64,000 bases of DNA from Flavobacteriaceae bacterium (GTDB lineage Bacteria > Bacteroidota > Bacteroidia > Flavobacteriales > Flavobacteriaceae): NCBI GenBank assembly GCA_029238515.1, contig JAQWFW010000019.1, forward strand, positions 12,717 through 76,716, in the 5' to 3' direction. Below are positions 59,620-64,000 of this stretch, in pieces. Numbering within the stretch: position 1 is the stretch's first letter; the number at the start of each line of letters is the position of its first letter. The notes under the pieces are model-generated. The model saw nothing but the letters and a program-made list of their open reading frames with translations, was not told the DNA's origin and did not search any database. A program made the position numbers and the translations under genes.

Positions 59620-60777
59620 ATGGATTTTACTACACTTTCTCCAATTTCAGATCGATTATTAGAGTCTGTTGAGTTGTCTCATTATCAGTCTCTTGGAAGA
59701 AAGTTAAAGCTACATACAGCCCATTCTATTCCTGATTTAAGCACCGTACGGATCGCAATTTTTGGTGTTTTGGAAACAAGAAATGCCATTGATCATATTG
59801 GAGAATCTTTTGAGTTGATTGAGGTTAGAAAGGCATTTTATTCATTATTTCCTGGAAACTGGAATACAGATATTGCAGATTTAGGCGATTTGATCCCCGG
59901 AGCGAGTGTAGAAGACACTTACTTTGCTGTAACGGAGCTCATTCAAGTATTACTTCAACAAAAAATAATTCCTGTTTTACTAGGTGGCAGCCAAGATATT
60001 ACCTATGCCAATTATCGTGCCTACGATGCTGTAAAGCCCATGATAAATGTGGTGAATATTGATAAAAGTTTTGATTTGGGTGATTCGTCCAAACCGATTA
60101 CAAATACCAGTTATTTGGGGAAAGTAATTCTAGAAAAACCTTACAATTTATTCAACTACACGGCTTTGGGTTACCAGACCTATTTCAATGCTCAAGAAGA
60201 AATAGATTTAATGGAAAAACTTTACTTTGAATACCACCGTTTAGGGGATATCAATAAGAACATCAAAACTGTTGAACCTGCCCTTCGTGATGCGGATTTG
60301 GTAACCATTGACTTGAAGTCCGTTAAATCATCCGAGGTAAGTGTGAAGCAAAAGTTTTCGCCCAATGGTTTTGATGGAAAAGAAATATGTGCCATATCAC
60401 GTTATGCAGGAATCAGTAATCGAGTGTCATCGTTTGGGATTTACGAATATAGCCCTTCTCCGGATGATGAAGCAACCTCAATGCTTATCGCTCAAATGAT
60501 ATGGTATTTTATTGAGGGATTTAATTGTCGTGTTCAAGACGATAATTTTGAAAACACAGAAGATTTTAATAAATATACCGTGTTAGTGGAGGGGCAAGAA
60601 CTAGTGTTTTATAAGAGTCTAAAAACAGGTCGTTGGTGGATTCAAACACCATTTTTATCTTTTTCAAATACTAAACAAAAAAAATACTCGTTATTAGCCT
60701 GTATGCATGAAGATTACGAGCAAGCAATCAAAGGATATATTCCAGAGCGTTGGTATAAGGCATGTAAAAAGCAATAA
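59620..60777 (+). CDS. Arginase/formiminoglutamase-fold protein with a degenerate metal site
   Basis: 385 aa. Overall ureohydrolase-like layout, but the three signature motifs read LLGGSQDITY, VVNIDKSFDLGD and LVTIDLKSVKSSE. Starts 3 nt after the topA stop. Confidence 0.65.
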   Translation: MDFTTLSPISDRLLESVELSHYQSLGRKLKLHTAHSIPDLSTVRIAIFGVLETRNAIDHIGESFELIEVRKAFYSLFPGNWNTDIADLGDLIPGASVEDTYFAVTELIQVLLQQKIIPVLLGGSQDITYANYRAYDAVKPMINVVNIDKSFDLGDSSKPITNTSYLGKVILEKPYNLFNYTALGYQTYFNAQEEIDLMEKLYFEYHRLGDINKNIKTVEPALRDADLVTIDLKSVKSSEVSVKQKFSPNGFDGKEICAISRYAGISNRVSSFGIYEYSPSPDDEATSMLIAQMIWYFIEGFNCRVQDDNFENTEDFNKYTVLVEGQELVFYKSLKTGRWWIQTPFLSFSNTKQKKYSLLACMHEDYEQAIKGYIPERWYKACKKQ

Positions 60778-60896
60778 AATAGATATAGTTTAAGCTTTTA
60801 TTAAGATTATTCATCTAAAAAAAGTTGTAATTCTAAAAATATATGGATAAGTTTACGGACTTTAAATTACAGGGGGCAACCTCAATTGACATACTT

Positions 60897-62249
60897 ATGA
60901 AGAAAATCATATTTTTAACTTTAGCATTTGCGATCGCAACTAGCTGTGGCTCAAAAGACAAAGGAGAGCTTGTAGGCGTCAAAGGAAAGCGATGGCATCC
61001 AGAGAAACCATATGGTATGAGCCTCATTCCAGGAGGTGCATTTGTGATGGGTAAGTCAGATGACGACATAGTAGATCTTCAAGATGCACCAACTAAAACA
61101 GTTACTGTGCGTTCATTTTACATGGATGAAACAGAAATCACAAATAGCGAGTACCGCCAATTTGTACACTGGGTTAGAGATTCCATTTTAAGAGAAAAAC
61201 TCGCAGAAATGGCCGATTTGGAAGGTAAAACACCAGACGACGATGGTATTGGAGAATACGCATATCTTGATGCCGGCGATCCAGAAGATTTGACTCCTTA
61301 CCAACGCTATATGTTAGATACTTATGGCGATGAACAACGAAAAATTAACAAAGACGCCGATCTTATTTTTGATACAGAAGATTATCCAGACGAATTGTAT
61401 GCTGAGGTCATGGATGGCATGTATTTACCCCCAGACGAGTGGTACAATGGACAACGTACTTGGGATGTAGATCAATTTGAATTTGAGTACATTTACATGG
61501 ACATTGAAGAAGCCGCTAAGTATAAAGGTTTATTGAAGCGAATCGACTTTGTTGAAAAATACCCTGTAAAAGTTTACCCTGATACAACCGTTTGGATTCG
61601 CGATTTTGAATACACTTACAACGTACCTATGCACAATGATTATTTTTGGCATGATGCGTATGGAGATTATCCAGTAGTTGGAATCACTTGGGAACAAGCC
61701 GATGCCTTTTGCCAATGGAGATCCTTGTACAAAAATGGATATCAAAAATCAAAAGGAAAACAAAACGTAAACATGTTTAGACTTCCATCTGAAGCAGAAT
61801 GGGAATATGCAGCAAGAGGCGGTTTGCAAGGCGCTACATTTCCATGGGGAGGACCTTATGCAAAAAATGATCGTGGGTGTTTCTTAGCGAATTTTAAACC
61901 GCTACGCGGTAATTATGCAGCTGATCAAGCACTATACACTGTTGAAGCTGATGCCTACGAACCAAACGATTACAACCTGTACAACATGGCAGGAAACGTT
62001 TCGGAGTGGGTCAACTCGTCTTATGATGCTTCATCTTACGAATATACTTCATCTTTCAATCCAAATGTGAATGATAAGGACAACCCACGAAAAGTTGTTC
62101 GTGGAGGTTCTTGGAAAGATGTCGCATACTACCTACAAGTCAGTACAAGAGACTACGAACACGCAGATTCTGCACGAAGCTTTATAGGGTTCCGTACGGT
62201 ACAAGATTATCTAGGAACTGATGCAACAACAAATAATGCAACTAATTAA
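60897..62249 (+). CDS. gldK: Gliding motility / T9SS lipoprotein GldK (FGE-sulfatase/SUMF1 fold)
   Basis: The track start is 60843. MKKIIFLTLAFAIATSCGS at 60897 gives a signal peptide plus lipobox. SUMF1-type motifs (MDETEITNSEYRQF, RLPSEAEWEYAARGG, RGGSW). Followed by gldL and gldM. Confidence 0.85.
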   Translation: MKKIIFLTLAFAIATSCGSKDKGELVGVKGKRWHPEKPYGMSLIPGGAFVMGKSDDDIVDLQDAPTKTVTVRSFYMDETEITNSEYRQFVHWVRDSILREKLAEMADLEGKTPDDDGIGEYAYLDAGDPEDLTPYQRYMLDTYGDEQRKINKDADLIFDTEDYPDELYAEVMDGMYLPPDEWYNGQRTWDVDQFEFEYIYMDIEEAAKYKGLLKRIDFVEKYPVKVYPDTTVWIRDFEYTYNVPMHNDYFWHDAYGDYPVVGITWEQADAFCQWRSLYKNGYQKSKGKQNVNMFRLPSEAEWEYAARGGLQGATFPWGGPYAKNDRGCFLANFKPLRGNYAADQALYTVEADAYEPNDYNLYNMAGNVSEWVNSSYDASSYEYTSSFNPNVNDKDNPRKVVRGGSWKDVAYYLQVSTRDYEHADSARSFIGFRTVQDYLGTDATTNNATN

Positions 62250-62285
62250 AAAAATTAACTTAATAATACTTTAAAAATTATAACC

Positions 62286-62903
62286 ATGGCAAATGAAGGT
62301 AAAATCACTATCACAAATATGGTCTACGGACTTGGGGCAGCAATCGTAATTGTAGGAGCTCTTTTTAAAATTCAACACTGGCCTTATGGCTCAGAAATTC
62401 TAACCTTAGGAATGATTGTTGAAGCATTGGTTTTTACATATTCCGCTTTCGAGCGTCAAAAAGGAGACCTAGATTGGTCGCTTGTATACCCTGAACTTAC
62501 AGGAGGAGCTGCTAAAGCCAAAAAAGGTAAAGAAGAATCTCCAGAAGGAATTTTGACGAAAAAATTAGATACATTACTCAAAGAAGCCAAAATTGATGGT
62601 GCGCTCGTGAAAAGTCTTGGAGAAAACATTAAAAACCTCAACGCTACAGCTTCATCTATGGACGGTTCTGCAGGAGCAACAAATAGATACAATGAGGAAA
62701 TGACCAAAGCAACAGCTCAAATGGAGTCCATAAATAACCTTTATAAAGCACAACTTGAAAGCGCCAATAAACAAGCAGAAATTAATGCTGAATCAATTGA
62801 GAATGCAATTAAGTTGAAAGAGCAAATGGAATCTTTGTCTTCTAATCTATCCTCTCTAAACGGAGTGTATGGTGGTATGCTTACTGCAATGAACAACAAA
62901 TAA
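62286..62903 (+). CDS. gldL: Gliding motility / T9SS motor protein GldL
   Basis: 205 aa. Two N-terminal TM helices with a membrane-embedded Glu (MIVEALVF, E46), then a cytoplasmic coiled-coil-like tail. Confidence 0.85.
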   Translation: MANEGKITITNMVYGLGAAIVIVGALFKIQHWPYGSEILTLGMIVEALVFTYSAFERQKGDLDWSLVYPELTGGAAKAKKGKEESPEGILTKKLDTLLKEAKIDGALVKSLGENIKNLNATASSMDGSAGATNRYNEEMTKATAQMESINNLYKAQLESANKQAEINAESIENAIKLKEQMESLSSNLSSLNGVYGGMLTAMNNK

Positions 62904-62950
62904 TTAGTTTTTACTGAAACTATATTAAATAACCAAAAAAACTAATTATT

Positions 62951-64000
62951 ATGGCAGGAGGAAAAGCATCTGCAAGACAGAAAATGATAAACTTGATGTA
63001 TTTGGTATTCATCGCAATGATGGCCATGAATATGTCAAAAGAAGTGCTTTCTGCATTTGGACTCATGGAGACGAAATTTGCAGAATCTAATGTGACCACT
63101 ACGGAAACAAATGAAGCACTACTCGCTGATTTAATTACCAAAGCCGACGAAAAACCAGAAGAATTTGCTGTAGCTGCAAATAAAGCCCAACAAATTAATG
63201 CCATTTCAGAAGAGTTTTATAGTTATATTGAAACTTTAAAATTAGATCTTTTGAAAAACGGAGGGTACACTATTGACCCAGATACAGGTAAATTGCCTTT
63301 TGAGGCCATGGACAAAACAGACATTCTAGATGAAATGTGGTTTACAGGGGATCGTGTCACAAAGGCAGGTGCAGCTGTTCTAGCAAGAATAGAACAATAT
63401 AAAACTGATGTTAAAGAAGTTTTAGGAACTGACGTAAAGTACAAAAAAGCTATTGAGCGATTTGAGAAACGCTTTAGTACAGAAAAAGTAGCCAACAAAG
63501 ACGGTAAAAAAATAGACTGGTTAGACTATAACTACAAAGGGTTTCCAGCGATTGCTTCGTACACAAAGTTAACAGCCATGCAAAACGATGTGAAAGTTAC
63601 AGAAGCAAGCATGTTTAACCTCTTTTTAGGAAATACCTTAACAGAAGCAGTTTCATTGAAAAACTATCAAGCCATCGTATTGGCGGATAAATCTGCATTT
63701 TTTGCAGGAGAAAAATTTCAAGGAAAAGTTGTACTCGGTAAATATGCCAACGTAACACCAACAAAATTAGTTGTACAAGGTCAAGAAATCAATGTGGCTA
63801 GTGCCATAGATTCTACTGGAGCTGCAACACTAGACTTTAATGTTGGGAATATTGGAGAAAAGAAAATTGACGGTCAGTTTACATTCCTTGAAGACGGAAA
63901 ACCATTGGAAATTCCAATTATAGGAAACTACGTAGTTGTACCACGACCAAAAGAAGCTTCTGTTGCAGCAGATAAAATGAATGTTCTTTACAGAGGTCTA
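62951..64000 (+). CDS. gldM: Gliding motility / T9SS motor protein GldM, partial (continues past the right window edge)
   Basis: Absent from the ORF track because no stop lies in the window. The ATG at 62951 opens MAGGKASARQKMINLMYLVFIAMMAMNMSKEVL, the hallmark GldM N-terminus with Arg9 and a single TM helix. The frame stays open for 350 codons to nt 64000. Confidence 0.9.
   Translation, partial: MAGGKASARQKMINLMYLVFIAMMAMNMSKEVLSAFGLMETKFAESNVTTTETNEALLADLITKADEKPEEFAVAANKAQQINAISEEFYSYIETLKLDLLKNGGYTIDPDTGKLPFEAMDKTDILDEMWFTGDRVTKAGAAVLARIEQYKTDVKEVLGTDVKYKKAIERFEKRFSTEKVANKDGKKIDWLDYNYKGFPAIASYTKLTAMQNDVKVTEASMFNLFLGNTLTEAVSLKNYQAIVLADKSAFFAGEKFQGKVVLGKYANVTPTKLVVQGQEINVASAIDSTGAATLDFNVGNIGEKKIDGQFTFLEDGKPLEIPIIGNYVVVPRPKEASVAADKMNVLYRGL

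Noticed and set aside
60843-60896. N-terminal extensions implied by the longest-ORF starts in the track (20192, 18820, 37157, 53461, 60843)
   Set aside because: In each case an internal ATG gives the family-typical N-terminus (signal peptide with lipobox, Rrf2 or CysD start) or forms a stop/start overlap with the upstream gene. The extensions have no homology-like features.

Overview
AT-rich (roughly mid-30s % GC by eye, not computed), densely packed chromosomal core segment of a Flavobacteriia-type Bacteroidota genome. I support about 62 protein genes. There are no rRNA or tRNA genes, CRISPR arrays, transposases, integrases or recognisable defence genes. Main blocks: (i) two adjacent beta-propeller-repeat lipoproteins, 1-2119; (ii) thiL and the mutY-ssb-gldE-gldD operon; (iii) HU plus an uncalled 29-codon ultra-basic peptide, then RNase G; (iv) the leuACDB operon; (v) a 17.5 kb same-strand sulfur/methionine supercluster, 15.1-32.6 kb. 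It holds two SAM-I riboswitches, metY-metX-metZ-like, Rrf2, DUF2061, cysH-cysD-cysN, a ferredoxin-type sulfite reductase with siroheme genes and its own FNR and ferredoxins, a split metH, and metF; (vi) ispB-like, dnaG, an orphan NarL-type regulator, nadE, gldB-gldC; (vii) mreBCD-mrdA-rodA, purH, a GAF/fRMsr-like gene; (viii) a three-gene outer-membrane module: Cys-rich membrane protein, TonB-dependent receptor, exported HMA protein; (ix) groES-groEL and a miaB / sigma-54 activator / lptE / TPR-like / secG operon; (x) topA, a degenerate arginase-fold gene, and gldK-gldL-gldM (gldM runs off the right edge). I see no defence island or mobile element. The least explained pieces are the Cys-Cys triad at 46.4-49.6 kb, the DUF2061 gene inside the sulfate-assimilation operon, the arginase-fold protein upstream of gldKLM that appears to lack metal ligands, a DnaG whose four Zn ligands are all substituted, the long C-terminal extension on the sulfite reductase, and the bS22-like micro-ORF. 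All family assignments come from reading motifs by eye; no database search was run.
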